The position numbers and the translations under genes were made by a program. A stretch of 64,000 bases of DNA from Candidatus Falkowbacteria bacterium (GTDB lineage: Bacteria; Patescibacteriota; Patescibacteriia; JAACEG01): NCBI GenBank assembly GCA_018651725.1, contig JABIDK010000006.1, positions 48,482-112,481 of the forward strand, written 5' to 3'. The notes beneath the pieces are model-generated. The model searched no databases, was not told where the DNA came from, and saw only the letters and a program-made list of their open reading frames with translations. Position 1 is the first letter of the stretch. The number at the start of each line of letters is the position of its first letter. Below are positions 1 through 9,864 of the stretch, piece after piece.

Positions 1-11
1 CTATCTTTCAA

Positions 12-632
12 ATGCCGGAAGATAAGAAAATTAAGCTTGAAGAAATCCCAGTAAGTGAGGCTAATGGAAATCATAAAGCAGAGCTTCGAACAAAGATAAT
101 TGATTATCTATTTAATATCGCTAAAGATAATTACAAAGAAATTGAACAAAATATTAGTTCAGCTGGCATTAAATTTATTGATATTGAAAAAGAAGTAATG
201 CTTCGAGCGATCGACAACTTATGGATTGAGCATCTGGACGCCATTGATCATCTTAGAACAGGTATTGGGCTTAAAGGTTATGCTCAGCAGGATCCGTTAG
301 TAGAATATAAAAAAGAAGCCTATAATCTTTTTACAGAGTTAATTAATTTAATTCAAAAACAAGTCGTTTACAGTATCTTTAAAATAGGTTTAACAGAGCA
401 ATTTGCCCCAACAGTGATGGAACAAAATAACATTAATTTAAGCGCCCCGGAAAAATCCGGAGACACAGAAAACAGATGGGGTACTCAGGCAATGGAAAAG
501 GAAGTCAAAAGCAGAGAGGCTCAGGATAATGTCCCTAAAAAAACTATTGACACCGAAGGCAATAAAGTAGGACGAAATGACCAATGCCCATGCAACAGTG
601 GAAAAAAGTATAAAAAGTGTTGCGGAAAGTAA
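12..632 (+). CDS. secA: Preprotein translocase SecA, C-terminal fragment (5' end outside window)
   Basis: The translation carries SecA C-terminal-domain sequence ('DNLWIEHLDAIDHLRTGIGLKGYAQQDPLVEYK'). It ends with the terminal zinc-binding motif 'CPCNSGKKYKKCCGK'. Confidence 0.85.
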   Translation: MPEDKKIKLEEIPVSEANGNHKAELRTKIIDYLFNIAKDNYKEIEQNISSAGIKFIDIEKEVMLRAIDNLWIEHLDAIDHLRTGIGLKGYAQQDPLVEYKKEAYNLFTELINLIQKQVVYSIFKIGLTEQFAPTVMEQNNINLSAPEKSGDTENRWGTQAMEKEVKSREAQDNVPKKTIDTEGNKVGRNDQCPCNSGKKYKKCCGK

Positions 633-637
633 TATTT

Positions 638-2407
638 ATGAATAACATTAGAAATTTTTGTATAATTGCGCACATCGACCACGGTAAGTCCACTATGTCT
701 GACCGTTTTTTAGAATTTACCGGAACTGTTGAGAAAAGAAAAATGAAAGAGCAGCTTTTAGATCAGATGGACATTGAGCGTGAAAGAGGAATAACCATCA
801 AGCTTCAGCCGGTTAGAATGGAATACGAAGGGTATATTTTAAATTTAATTGATACTCCTGGGCATGTGGATTTTAGTTATGAGGTTTCTCGCTCACTTGC
901 TGCGGTTGAGGGGGCGATTTTATTGGTTGATGCAAGTCAGGGTATTCAGGCTCAAACTTTGGCTAATTTATATTTGGCTATGGATCAGGATTTAGAGATA
1001 ATTCCGGTTTTAAACAAAATTGATTTGCCAGCTGCGCAACCGGAAAAAGTTAAAAAAGAGATAGTGAGCTTACTTGGTTGTGATAAGGATGATATTTTGT
1101 GCGCCTCCGGCAAAACAGGTGAGGGTATTGAAGAGGTGTTAAAAAGAGTTATAGAAAAAGTTTCGCCACCAAAACAAGAAAAAGAAATCCTCAAGGGTTT
1201 AATCTTTGATTCAGTTTATGACGAGTATAAAGGAGTTATTGCTTATGTAAGGATCACAGAAGGCGAAATTAAACCAGGAGATAAGATAAAGATGTTTGCC
1301 ACCAAACATGAAAGTGAAGTTTTAGAAGTGGGTTATTTTAAGCCCCAACTTGTAAAGGCAGACAAATTAAATACAGGAGAAATCGGATATGTGATCGCCG
1401 GATTCAAAAATGTTTCAGAATGTAGAGTAGGAGACACTATAACCAGCCCTAAAGGGGAATCAACTTTGCCTGGCTACGAAGAAGTTAAGCCAATGGTATT
1501 TTCCGGTATTTTTTGCAAGGAGGGTAGTGATTACAGCAAGCTTCGTGAAGCAATGGATCGGCTTAAGCTTAATGATTCAGCTTTATATTATGAACCGGAG
1601 CACTCTCCAGCGCTTGGACATGGTTTTAGGTGTGGTTTTTTAGGCATGCTTCACTTAGATGTTGTTCAAGAAAGACTTAAAAGAGAGTTTAATTTGGATT
1701 TAATTATAACTGTGCCGAGTGTGAGTTATAAGATTTTTAAAAGAAACAACGAAGTTATTGAAATAAAAAACCCCCAAGAGCTGCCGGACCCAACTCATAT
1801 TGATCGTGTTGAGGAACCGATAATGACCCTTGATGTAGTAACGCCAAAAGATTACTTAGGTGGAGTTATGCAGCTTGTTCAGGAAAAAAGAGGCAGTTAT
1901 AAGACCACAGAATATATTGATGAAGACAGGGTTGTTCTGCATTATGAAATACCATTAACCTCGCTTTTGACTGATTTTTACGACAAGCTAAAAAGTATTT
2001 CTTCCGGATATGCTTCACTTAATTATGAATTTTTAGAGTTTAGAAAAGCTGATGTAGTAAAAATGGACATTTTAGTTGCCGAAGAGATCGAAGAGGCTTT
2101 AACATCTATTGTCTATAAAGATGAAGCCTTCAAAATAGGTAAAAAAATAGTTAACTCATTAAAAGAAAGTATTCCTCAGCAAATGTTTGTGATAAAACTC
2201 CAAGCAGCCATCGGCGGAAAAATTATCGCTGCCGAAAGACTTTCAGCAATGAAAAAAGATGTTACAGCCGGTCTTTATGGAGGAGATGTAACCAGAAAAA
2301 GAAAAGTACTTGAAAAGCAGAAGAAAGGAAAAAAGAAAATGATGGCTATGGGTAAAGGAAAAGTAGACATCCCACCAGAGGCATTTATATCGGTATTGAA
2401 AAAATAA
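638..2407 (+). CDS. lepA: Elongation factor 4 (LepA), translational GTPase
   Basis: N-terminus 'MNNIRNFCIIAHIDHGKST' is the G1 motif. 'DTPGH' and 'NKID' motifs are present. Length and C-terminal region fit LepA. I prefer the ATG at 638 over the upstream GTG at 617 because it gives the canonical LepA N-terminus. Confidence 0.9.
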   Translation: MNNIRNFCIIAHIDHGKSTMSDRFLEFTGTVEKRKMKEQLLDQMDIERERGITIKLQPVRMEYEGYILNLIDTPGHVDFSYEVSRSLAAVEGAILLVDASQGIQAQTLANLYLAMDQDLEIIPVLNKIDLPAAQPEKVKKEIVSLLGCDKDDILCASGKTGEGIEEVLKRVIEKVSPPKQEKEILKGLIFDSVYDEYKGVIAYVRITEGEIKPGDKIKMFATKHESEVLEVGYFKPQLVKADKLNTGEIGYVIAGFKNVSECRVGDTITSPKGESTLPGYEEVKPMVFSGIFCKEGSDYSKLREAMDRLKLNDSALYYEPEHSPALGHGFRCGFLGMLHLDVVQERLKREFNLDLIITVPSVSYKIFKRNNEVIEIKNPQELPDPTHIDRVEEPIMTLDVVTPKDYLGGVMQLVQEKRGSYKTTEYIDEDRVVLHYEIPLTSLLTDFYDKLKSISSGYASLNYEFLEFRKADVVKMDILVAEEIEEALTSIVYKDEAFKIGKKIVNSLKESIPQQMFVIKLQAAIGGKIIAAERLSAMKKDVTAGLYGGDVTRKRKVLEKQKKGKKKMMAMGKGKVDIPPEAFISVLKK

Positions 2408-2419
2408 AAACACAAAACA

Positions 2420-2452
2420 AAAACCGCTTCAAGATATTGGAGCGGTTTTTAG
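2420..2452. terminator. Rho-independent terminator hairpin between convergent lepA and rpmA
   Basis: 7-bp stem 'aaccgct' 2422-2428 pairs with 'agcggtt' 2441-2447 around a 12-nt loop. It is followed by T's on the + strand and preceded by A's, so it could act in both directions. Confidence 0.5.
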
Positions 2453-2459
2453 TTTGTAT

Positions 2460-2744
2460 CTATTTTGTTTCTTTAACAACGTTTACGATTTTTGTCTTTT
2501 TAAGAGTCCCGTCGTATTTTCTTAGTTGTTTCTTGCCGAATTTTACAATTCCGGCGATTTTAGAGAAAATTGTGTGATCTTTACCGAGCATCACATTTTC
2601 ACCCAAATGAAATTTAGTACCTCTTTGGCGGATTATAATTGATCCGGCTTTGGCGAACTGTCCGTCGTGTAACTTAACACCAAGACGTTTTGACTCGGAG
2701 TCACGCAAATTTGTTGACGATCCACCAGCTTTTTTATGTGCCAT
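2460..2744 (-). CDS. rpmA: 50S ribosomal protein L27
   Basis: '[24 protein letters not shown]...[16 protein letters not shown]' is the canonical L27 sequence. Length is 94 aa. Confidence 0.9.
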   Translation of the reverse strand: MAHKKAGGSSTNLRDSESKRLGVKLHDGQFAKAGSIIIRQRGTKFHLGENVMLGKDHTIFSKIAGIVKFGKKQLRKYDGTLKKTKIVNVVKETK

Positions 2745-2896
2745 ACATTTGAAATTAATAATTTAAAAACATTATTTTAAGTATACTTGTATTTTTAATT
2801 TTGTCAATGGTATGCATGGTGTCTATTGCGGTATGGACTGTATTTTACAAACCTGAAAATAGATTGTACTATGGATAATAGTTATTAGTATTTTTT

Positions 2897-5815
2897 ATGG
2901 AGAATTTAATGGAAAAATTGAATAAGGAGCAACTAGAGGCGGTTACCTATAAAAAAGGGCCACTTTTGATTATTGCCGGGGCAGGGACAGGAAAAACTAC
3001 TGTTATTACCCAAAAGATTGCTTGGCTTATTGAGCAGGGACTTTGTCAAACACAAGAGATTTTAGCTTTGACTTTTACGGAAAAGGCGGCTGAGGAAATG
3101 GAAGAGCGAGTAGATCGATTGCTCCCAATGGGATATCTTGATCTGTGGATCTCAACTTTTCATTCTTTTTGCGAGCGAATTTTACGACAGGAAGGACTGG
3201 AGATCGGTCTTTCAACGGATTTTGAGCTTATAAATACATCAGGGCAGTGGAGCTTAGTTAAGAAAAATTTAGATAAATTTAACTTAGATTATTATAAACC
3301 GCTTGGCAATCCAACGAAATTTATTCATGCAATGTTAACTCATTTTTCCAGAGCCAAAGATGAAAATATAAGTCCTAAAGAATATTTAAAATATGCAGAA
3401 AATATAAAATTAGATTTAGATGGATCTGACGATCAAGAGGTTTTGAAAATAAATGAAGTGGCAGAGGCTTATCGTGTTTATCAGCAGTTGCTTTTGGAAA
3501 ATAATTATCTAGATTTTGGAGATTTGATAAACTATACTTTAAAACTTTTTCAAAAACGACCGCAGATTTTAAAAAAATATCAAAATCAGTTTAAGTATAT
3601 TTTAGTTGATGAATTTCAAGACACTAACTGGGCGCAATATGAACTTATAAAAATATTAGCAGCACCTAGAAATAATTTAACGGTTGTTGGCGACGATGAC
3701 CAGGCAATTTTTAGATTCCGTGGCGCCTCTATGAGTAATATCTTGCAGTTCAAAAAAGATTATCAGGATAGCAAAAATATAGTGCTTGTAAATAACTATC
3801 GAACTAAACAAGAAATTTTGGATAAGGCTTATGATTTTATTAAACTTAACAATCCTAATCGGTTAGAGGTTCAGTTGTCTCAGGATAAATTGGATAAAAA
3901 ATTAATTTCTCATAATGACGGGGAGGCTGTGGTAGAGAATATTGAAGCTGAAAGTTTGGAGGAAGAAGTGGGAAAAGTTGTTAAGAAAATTATTGAAATA
4001 AAAAATAAAGAAAGCAATTTAAGCTGGAATGATTTTGCAATTTTAATTAGAGCTAATCAAATGGCCAGTAATTTTATTCCTGTTTTGGAGCGAGCCAATA
4101 TTCCGTATATTTTCTTGGCCTCTCGCGGTCTTTACGCTAAGCCGGTAATAATGAATATAATCGCTTATTTAAAGTTGCTGGATAACTATCATGAATCAAA
4201 AGCAGTTTATAGGATTTTGAATTTGCCTGTTTTTAAATTTAATCAACAAGAAATCAGTAACATTAACTATTGGGCAAAGCGGAAAACTTTATCGCTTTAT
4301 GAGACTTTGAAAGAAGCGTCAAAGTTTGGCCTGGAGAAAGAAACACTTCAGAAAATAAATAAAGTCTTGAGCTTAATAGAACGACACACAGTTTTAACAA
4401 AAGAAAGAGGAATTGCAGAAATTATTTTGTTATTTTTAGAGGACAGCGGATACTTAAAATATTTAACCGAGCAAGATGAGCAAAAAGTAAGAGAGGACAT
4501 GAATTATTTAAATCAGTTTTATAGAAAGGTTAAAGAATTTGAACAAACAAATGATGACCGAAGCGTGAATTTATTTTTAGAAGAATTAAATATGGAGATA
4601 GACTCCGGGGAGCAGGGAACGCTTACTCCGGACTATGAATCCGGTCCGGAAGCAATAAAAATTTTAACTGTTCATGGAGCCAAAGGACTGGAGTTTGAAT
4701 ATGTTTTTGTGGTTAACTTGGTTGACAAACGGTTTCCAACGATTGAGAGAAGAGATCCGATTTTATTACCAGATGATTTGATAAAAGAAATTTTACCTGA
4801 GGGTGATGTTCATTTAGAGGAAGAAAGAAGACTTTTTTACGTAGCCATGACACGGGCAAAAAAAGGATTGTTTTTCAGTTGGGGAAAAGATTACGGTGGA
4901 ATGAGAAAAAAGAAACCATCTCGATTTTTGATTGAGTTGGATCTGATAAATAATGAAATTGGTTCTCAGTCGAAGAATGACCAGCTTCAGGCTGCAAAGA
5001 TTGAAAAAAGAGAAGACCAAAACAAAAAGCAAGAGTATCCTTTGCCAAAACATTTTTCCTTTTCTCAGTTAGCTGCTTACGATACTTGTCCGAAACAATA
5101 TTACTATAACTTTATTTTAAAAGTCCCTGTTCATGGTAAAGCGCAATTTAGTTTTGGGCGCGCTATGCATAAGACGTTTGAAAGAATGATGGAGACTATA
5201 ATTAGCAGATCAAAAGAAGAGCAAACAGATTTATTTTCTAAAGGTAAGACAGAAAGAAAAAAGCTCGGTGAAATTATTGAGCTAAAGGAAATTATAGAGA
5301 TTTATAAAGCCTCTTGGGTAGACGATTGGTTTGAAGATAAAAAATCTAAAGAAGATTATTTTAAAAAAGGCAGAGAAATTTTACGTGAATTTTACGAAAA
5401 ATATAAAGAAGAAATTCTGTCTCCACTTTATTTGGAAAAAGGATTTAAATTTAAGGTATCAGCTGACTATAGCTTCAAGGGCGTGATCGATAGAATCGAC
5501 GAAGTGGACGGAGGAATAAAAATCATTGACTATAAAACTGGTTCGCCAAAAGAAAAATTAAGTTTAAAAGATAAAAAGCAACTATTAATCTATCAACTAG
5601 CCGGAGCAGATATTTTTGAAAAGCCAATAAAATCTTTAAGTTTTTATTATTTAGACAATAACAGCGAAGTAGAATTCCTAGGAACAGAAAAAGAACTGGA
5701 AAAAGTAGAAAAAAGCATTACTGAAACAATAGAAAAAATTAATTCAGGTTGCTTTGAAGCCAGCCCCGGCAGACTTTGTGATTATTGTGATTTTAAAGAA
5801 ATTTGCGAAAAATAA
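2897..5815 (+). CDS. UvrD/PcrA-family DNA helicase with C-terminal PD-(D/E)XK (RecB/Cas4-like) nuclease domain
   Basis: Walker A 'AGAGTGKTT' and 'DEFQDT' (helicase motif II) are present. The C-terminus has 'IDRID...IIDYKTG' (PD-(D/E)XK) followed by a cysteine cluster 'CDYCDFKEIC'. Confidence 0.8.
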   Translation: MENLMEKLNKEQLEAVTYKKGPLLIIAGAGTGKTTVITQKIAWLIEQGLCQTQEILALTFTEKAAEEMEERVDRLLPMGYLDLWISTFHSFCERILRQEGLEIGLSTDFELINTSGQWSLVKKNLDKFNLDYYKPLGNPTKFIHAMLTHFSRAKDENISPKEYLKYAENIKLDLDGSDDQEVLKINEVAEAYRVYQQLLLENNYLDFGDLINYTLKLFQKRPQILKKYQNQFKYILVDEFQDTNWAQYELIKILAAPRNNLTVVGDDDQAIFRFRGASMSNILQFKKDYQDSKNIVLVNNYRTKQEILDKAYDFIKLNNPNRLEVQLSQDKLDKKLISHNDGEAVVENIEAESLEEEVGKVVKKIIEIKNKESNLSWNDFAILIRANQMASNFIPVLERANIPYIFLASRGLYAKPVIMNIIAYLKLLDNYHESKAVYRILNLPVFKFNQQEISNINYWAKRKTLSLYETLKEASKFGLEKETLQKINKVLSLIERHTVLTKERGIAEIILLFLEDSGYLKYLTEQDEQKVREDMNYLNQFYRKVKEFEQTNDDRSVNLFLEELNMEIDSGEQGTLTPDYESGPEAIKILTVHGAKGLEFEYVFVVNLVDKRFPTIERRDPILLPDDLIKEILPEGDVHLEEERRLFYVAMTRAKKGLFFSWGKDYGGMRKKKPSRFLIELDLINNEIGSQSKNDQLQAAKIEKREDQNKKQEYPLPKHFSFSQLAAYDTCPKQYYYNFILKVPVHGKAQFSFGRAMHKTFERMMETIISRSKEEQTDLFSKGKTERKKLGEIIELKEIIEIYKASWVDDWFEDKKSKEDYFKKGREILREFYEKYKEEILSPLYLEKGFKFKVSADYSFKGVIDRIDEVDGGIKIIDYKTGSPKEKLSLKDKKQLLIYQLAGADIFEKPIKSLSFYYLDNNSEVEFLGTEKELEKVEKSITETIEKINSGCFEASPGRLCDYCDFKEICEK

Positions 5816-5824
5816 AATAACTTT

Positions 5825-6946
5825 ATGAAAAAGACACTTTTATTTACACTTGATTTTCCGCCGGATTTTGGTGGGGTGGCTAGTTATTATAGGGAGATTT
5901 GTGGAAATTTATTAAATGATAGAATAGTTGTTTTGACTTTAAAAAGAAAGAATAAAAAAGATAGCGAATTTCCTTATAAAATTTATCGTCGGAATTTGAT
6001 CACTGCTTTGCCTATTTGGCCAAAGTCGGTTTTTAGTTTTTGGCATTTGTGGAGAGTTATTAGAAAAGAGAAAATAAAAACAGTTTTAGTTGGACAGATT
6101 TTGCCTTTGGGGAGTATTACTTTATTTTTATCTAAGGTATTAAAGTTTGATTATGGTGTTTTTATCCATGGGTTGGATATTTTAAATGCCCAGAAAAAAA
6201 TTAAAAATAAAGTTTTAGCGCAAAAAGTTTTGAAAAAAGCAAAATTTGTTGTTGCAAATAGTAAATTTACGGCTGAGGAACTTAAAAAATTTGGAGTAAA
6301 TTCGGAAAAAATAACAATTGTTTACCCTTGTCCCTTTAATAAACCACCGGCAAAAGAAAGCGTTAAACAAGAATTAATTAAAAAATATAATTTAGAAGAT
6401 AAAAGAATAATTCTTTCTTTGGGGAGATTGGTTAAGCGGAAAGGCTTTGACAAAACAATAAAAGTAATGCCAAAAGTTGTTCAAGAAGAAAAAAACACAC
6501 TGTACATAATAGCCGGAGGTAAAGGGAGCTATGAAAAGGAAATCAAGGAGATCATTGAAGGTTCTCCTGTTAAGGAAAATATAATTTTAATTCAAAACAG
6601 TAGCAACGACGAGGTTAAAGCGCTACTTGATTTGTGTGATATATTTGTTATGCCAAGTAGACAGATCAATGAAGATGTTGAGGGTTTCGGGATTGTTTTT
6701 TTAGAAGCGAATTTATTTAACAAGCCGGTTATCGGCGGAAGATCTGGCGGAGTAATAGAGGCGATTGTTCATGAAAGAACAGGTTTTTTAGTTGACCCAA
6801 TAAACGAACAAGAAATCAGTGAAAAAATTATTAAGTTATTAAAAGATAAAGAATTAAGAAGAAAAATAGGAGAAGAGGGCAGACGAAGAGTAGAGCAAGA
6901 ATTTACCTGGAACAAACAGGTTGAAAAAATAAAAGATTTGTTGTAG
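5825..6946 (+). CDS. Glycosyltransferase, GT4 (group 1) family
   Basis: C-terminal 'EGFGIVFLEANLFNKPVIGGRSGGVIEAIVHERTGFLVDP' is the GT4 EX7E-type motif. Length is 373 aa. Confidence 0.75.
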   Translation: MKKTLLFTLDFPPDFGGVASYYREICGNLLNDRIVVLTLKRKNKKDSEFPYKIYRRNLITALPIWPKSVFSFWHLWRVIRKEKIKTVLVGQILPLGSITLFLSKVLKFDYGVFIHGLDILNAQKKIKNKVLAQKVLKKAKFVVANSKFTAEELKKFGVNSEKITIVYPCPFNKPPAKESVKQELIKKYNLEDKRIILSLGRLVKRKGFDKTIKVMPKVVQEEKNTLYIIAGGKGSYEKEIKEIIEGSPVKENIILIQNSSNDEVKALLDLCDIFVMPSRQINEDVEGFGIVFLEANLFNKPVIGGRSGGVIEAIVHERTGFLVDPINEQEISEKIIKLLKDKELRRKIGEEGRRRVEQEFTWNKQVEKIKDLL

Positions 6947-6957
6947 AATAAAGCTAA

Positions 6958-7641
6958 ATGAAAAAAGAATTTGGGAAATTGTATATTGTGGCCACGCCAA
7001 TTGGTAATTTGGAGGATATTACTTTTCGGGCAGTAAAAACCTTGAAGGAGGTTGATTTTATTTTGTGTGAAGATACTAGGGTTACTAAAAAACTTTTAGA
7101 TCGATACGAGATTCAAAAGCCAACTATAAGTTATCATCATCATTCCGGGAAAATTAAAGTAGACAAAATATTAAAATTGCTGAAAGAAGGGAAAAACCTT
7201 GGTTTAGTAACAGACGCTGGCACTCCCGGAGTTTCAGACCCCGGAGGAGAGCTAATAAGCGCTGTTCTGAACGAATTTGACAAGAAAGTAGTAATTATAC
7301 CGATTCCGGGCGCATCGGCCTTAGGAGCGATTGTGTCAGTTGCCGGGATAAATATGCAGAATTTTACTTTTTTAGGTTATCCGCCACATAAAAAGGGTAG
7401 AGAAACTTATTTTAAAAAAGTAGCTGAAAGCAAAATTCCAATAGTATATTATGAATCACCGTATCGGGTTATAAAAAATCTGGAATTACTAAAAAAATTT
7501 AGTAATAAGAAAGTAATTGTTGGTCGAGAGCTAACAAAAATGTTCGAAGAAGTTGTCAGGGGTGAGATTCAAGAGATTCTAGATTATTTTGAAAATAAAG
7601 CAGGTAAAATAAAAGGAGAGTTTACAATTATTGTTTATTAA
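6958..7641 (+). CDS. rsmI: 16S rRNA (cytidine1402-2'-O)-methyltransferase RsmI
   Basis: 'LYIVATPIGNLEDITFRAVKTLKEVDFILCEDTRVTKKLL' is the tetrapyrrole-methylase-fold RsmI N-terminus. Confidence 0.85.
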   Translation: MKKEFGKLYIVATPIGNLEDITFRAVKTLKEVDFILCEDTRVTKKLLDRYEIQKPTISYHHHSGKIKVDKILKLLKEGKNLGLVTDAGTPGVSDPGGELISAVLNEFDKKVVIIPIPGASALGAIVSVAGINMQNFTFLGYPPHKKGRETYFKKVAESKIPIVYYESPYRVIKNLELLKKFSNKKVIVGRELTKMFEEVVRGEIQEILDYFENKAGKIKGEFTIIVY

Positions 7642-7643
7642 AT

Positions 7644-8183
7644 ATGCAAAAAAATAAAAAAATAACATACGCTTTTATCGATAGCCAAAACTTAAATTTA
7701 GGAGTTCAGAGTTTGGGTTGGAAATTAGATTGGAAAAGATTTAGAGTTTATTTGAAAGATAAATATAATGTTTCAATGGCTTATATGTTTTTGGGGTATA
7801 TCGAAGGAAATAACGGTTTATACAGATCTTTGCAGGCAGCGGGCTTTATTTTGATTTTTAAACCTATGTTGCATTATAAAAACGGAAAAATAAAAGGAAA
7901 CTGTGATGCGGAATTAGTATTGCAAGCAATGATTGATTTTGATGATTACAATAAAGCGGTTATTGTTAGTGGGGACGGTGATTTTTATTGTTTAGTTCGG
8001 CATTTATTAAAAAATAATAAATTAGAAACGGTTTTTGTGCCAGATCGTTATAGATATTCTTCTCTTTTGAAAAAAGCAAGTGGGGGTCACTTGTCTTTTG
8101 TCAGTGATCATAAAAAGAAATTTGAATATAAAAAAAAGGAGAATTCAAGCGGGACTAGCCCACAGGAACGCTCCTTATCGTAA
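7644..8183 (+). CDS. NYN-domain (LabA-like) putative RNase
   Basis: 'AFIDSQNLNLG...VIVSGDGDFYCLVRHLL' matches the NYN/PIN-like fold motifs. It starts 2 nt after rsmI. Confidence 0.65.
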   Translation: MQKNKKITYAFIDSQNLNLGVQSLGWKLDWKRFRVYLKDKYNVSMAYMFLGYIEGNNGLYRSLQAAGFILIFKPMLHYKNGKIKGNCDAELVLQAMIDFDDYNKAVIVSGDGDFYCLVRHLLKNNKLETVFVPDRYRYSSLLKKASGGHLSFVSDHKKKFEYKKKENSSGTSPQERSLS

Positions 8184-8215
8184 TTCTATTTAAAGAATAG
8201 CATAACAAAATATTT

Positions 8216-9721
8216 ATGTCAAATAAATTTTACATCACAACACCGATTTATTATATTAATGCTAAGCCACATATTGGGAGTGCTTATACTACTATTGCGG
8301 CGGATGTTTTGGCTCGTTTTCATCGGATGATAGGGGATGATACTTTCTTTTTAACCGGGACCGATGAACATGGAGAAAAAAATGAAGCGATTGCTAAAAA
8401 GGAAAATATAGATCCGCAAGAATATTCTGATAAAATGAGTGCTGAGTTTGAATTGACTTGGGATAGTTTGAATATCAGTAATGATAATTTCATTAGAACT
8501 ACAAATAAAAAACATAAGCAAGCGGTTCAAAAAGCCTTGCAGTATATGTACGACAAAGGTTATATCTATAAAGGTGAGCACTCCGGTCTTTACTGCCCCG
8601 GCTGTGAACAGTATAAAACTGAAAAAGATCTGGACAAAGGACTTTGTCCAGACCATAAAACCAAACCAAAAGTAGTAAGTGAAGAAAGTTATATGTTTAA
8701 GATGAGTGCTTTTTCTAACAAGATTAAAAAAGCTATTGAGAAAGATGAGCTGTTGATTACACCAAAAAGCAAGAAAAAAGAAATTTTGTCTTTTTATAAA
8801 GATGGTTTAAAAGATATTTCTTTTTCCAGAACAAATACTACCTGGGGAGTGGAGTTGCCTTGGGATAAAAAGCAGGTTTCTTATGTCTGGCCGGATGCTT
8901 TTTTAAACTATTTAACCGGTCTTGATTGGAGTGGTACAGCAGGGAAAGCCCCGAAAATGTGGCCGGCTAATGTTCATTTAATGAGTAAAGATATTTTACG
9001 GGTTCATGCTACAATTTGGCCGGCGATGCTTTTGGCTCTTGATTTGCCACTTCCAAAGGAATTATTTATTCACGGGTTTTTCTTGGTTGATGGGCATAAA
9101 ATGAGCAAGTCAATCGGTAATGTAATTTCCCCAGACGAACTTATTAAAAAATACGGCGTTGACGGTAGTCGCTATCTTTTAATGAGTGCTACGCCGTTTG
9201 GACACGATGGAGATATCAGTTTTCAAAAATTTGATGAAAAATACAACGCTGACTTGGCTAATGGGTTGGGAAATTTAGTGGCGCGATCGCTAACTTTAAC
9301 CTTAAAGTTATTTGACGCCGGACTTAAGCTGAAAAAAACAGATGATTCTCAGGAAATAGATAAAGCCTGGAAATCTTATAGCAATAAACTGGAAAATATA
9401 GAGATAGACAAAGCCTTAAAAATGGTCAATGAACAAATTCAGTATTTAGATGGACTTATCACTAAAACTAAGCCTTGGGAATTAATAAAAACAAAGAGTG
9501 CAAAAGTTGAAAAAATAATGTATAATATACTGGAGACAATTTATCACATCTCTTTAATGCTTTTACCGTTCATGCCGGAGACAAGTGATAAAATTTTAGA
9601 AAGCCTAGGAATTGATCCAACTAAAGAAAAGAAAAAAAACTTTAAAGATTTAACAAAGTGGGGGAGACTATCCGAAAAAGCCAAAGTGAAAAAAATAGAT
9701 ATTTTATTTCCGCGAATATAA
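8216..9721 (+). CDS. metG: Methionyl-tRNA synthetase, short form without C-terminal tRNA-binding domain
   Basis: 'PIYYINAKPHIGSAYTTIAAD' is the HIGH region. The class I 'KMSKSIGN' motif is present. There is a CPGC...CPDH zinc knuckle. Confidence 0.85.
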   Translation: MSNKFYITTPIYYINAKPHIGSAYTTIAADVLARFHRMIGDDTFFLTGTDEHGEKNEAIAKKENIDPQEYSDKMSAEFELTWDSLNISNDNFIRTTNKKHKQAVQKALQYMYDKGYIYKGEHSGLYCPGCEQYKTEKDLDKGLCPDHKTKPKVVSEESYMFKMSAFSNKIKKAIEKDELLITPKSKKKEILSFYKDGLKDISFSRTNTTWGVELPWDKKQVSYVWPDAFLNYLTGLDWSGTAGKAPKMWPANVHLMSKDILRVHATIWPAMLLALDLPLPKELFIHGFFLVDGHKMSKSIGNVISPDELIKKYGVDGSRYLLMSATPFGHDGDISFQKFDEKYNADLANGLGNLVARSLTLTLKLFDAGLKLKKTDDSQEIDKAWKSYSNKLENIEIDKALKMVNEQIQYLDGLITKTKPWELIKTKSAKVEKIMYNILETIYHISLMLLPFMPETSDKILESLGIDPTKEKKKNFKDLTKWGRLSEKAKVKKIDILFPRI

Positions 9722-9742
9722 TTTATATAAAAATTTATTATT

Positions 9743-9852
9743 TGTCATTCCGACCGAAGCGAAGCGTAGTGGAGGAATCTGTGTGTAAGCTTGAGCTATT
9801 TATTTTTTTCGAGCAGATCCTTCGACTTCACTTCGTTACGCTCAGGATGACA
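9743..9852. repeat. Palindromic (inverted-repeat) intergenic element, copy 1 of 2
   Basis: The ~37-nt arms are 'tgtcattccgaccgaagcgaagcgtagtggaggaatc' and 'gatccttcgacttcacttcgttacgctcaggatgaca'. They are imperfectly complementary around a ~36-nt spacer. The termini match the element at 37875-37990. Confidence 0.6.
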
Positions 9853-9864
9853 TAACTTAAATTT

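Noticed and set aside
617-637. Upstream GTG start for lepA overlapping the secA stop
   Set aside because: The ATG at 638 yields the canonical LepA N-terminus 'MNNIRNF..IAHIDHGKST'.
985-1194. Antisense and overlapping small ORFs from the six-frame track (for example 985-1194, 4814-5053, 8351-8675, 11023-11346, 15523-15771, 19411-19614, 22402-22587, 26145-26381, 29164-29786, 39224-39946, 40810-41094, 49142-51305)
   Set aside because: Each lies wholly inside a well-supported gene on another frame or strand. Their composition is low-complexity and rich in Leu, Phe and Ile, as expected for AT-rich antisense strands.
2745-2896. Divergent promoter elements between rpmA and the helicase gene
   Set aside because: Several TTGxxx / TAxxxT combinations are possible in this AT-rich spacer. 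None stands out enough to annotate from sequence alone.
9658-9855. 65-aa ORF on the + strand
   Set aside because: It is entirely the translation of the palindromic repeat element and the metG 3' end, with no independent support.
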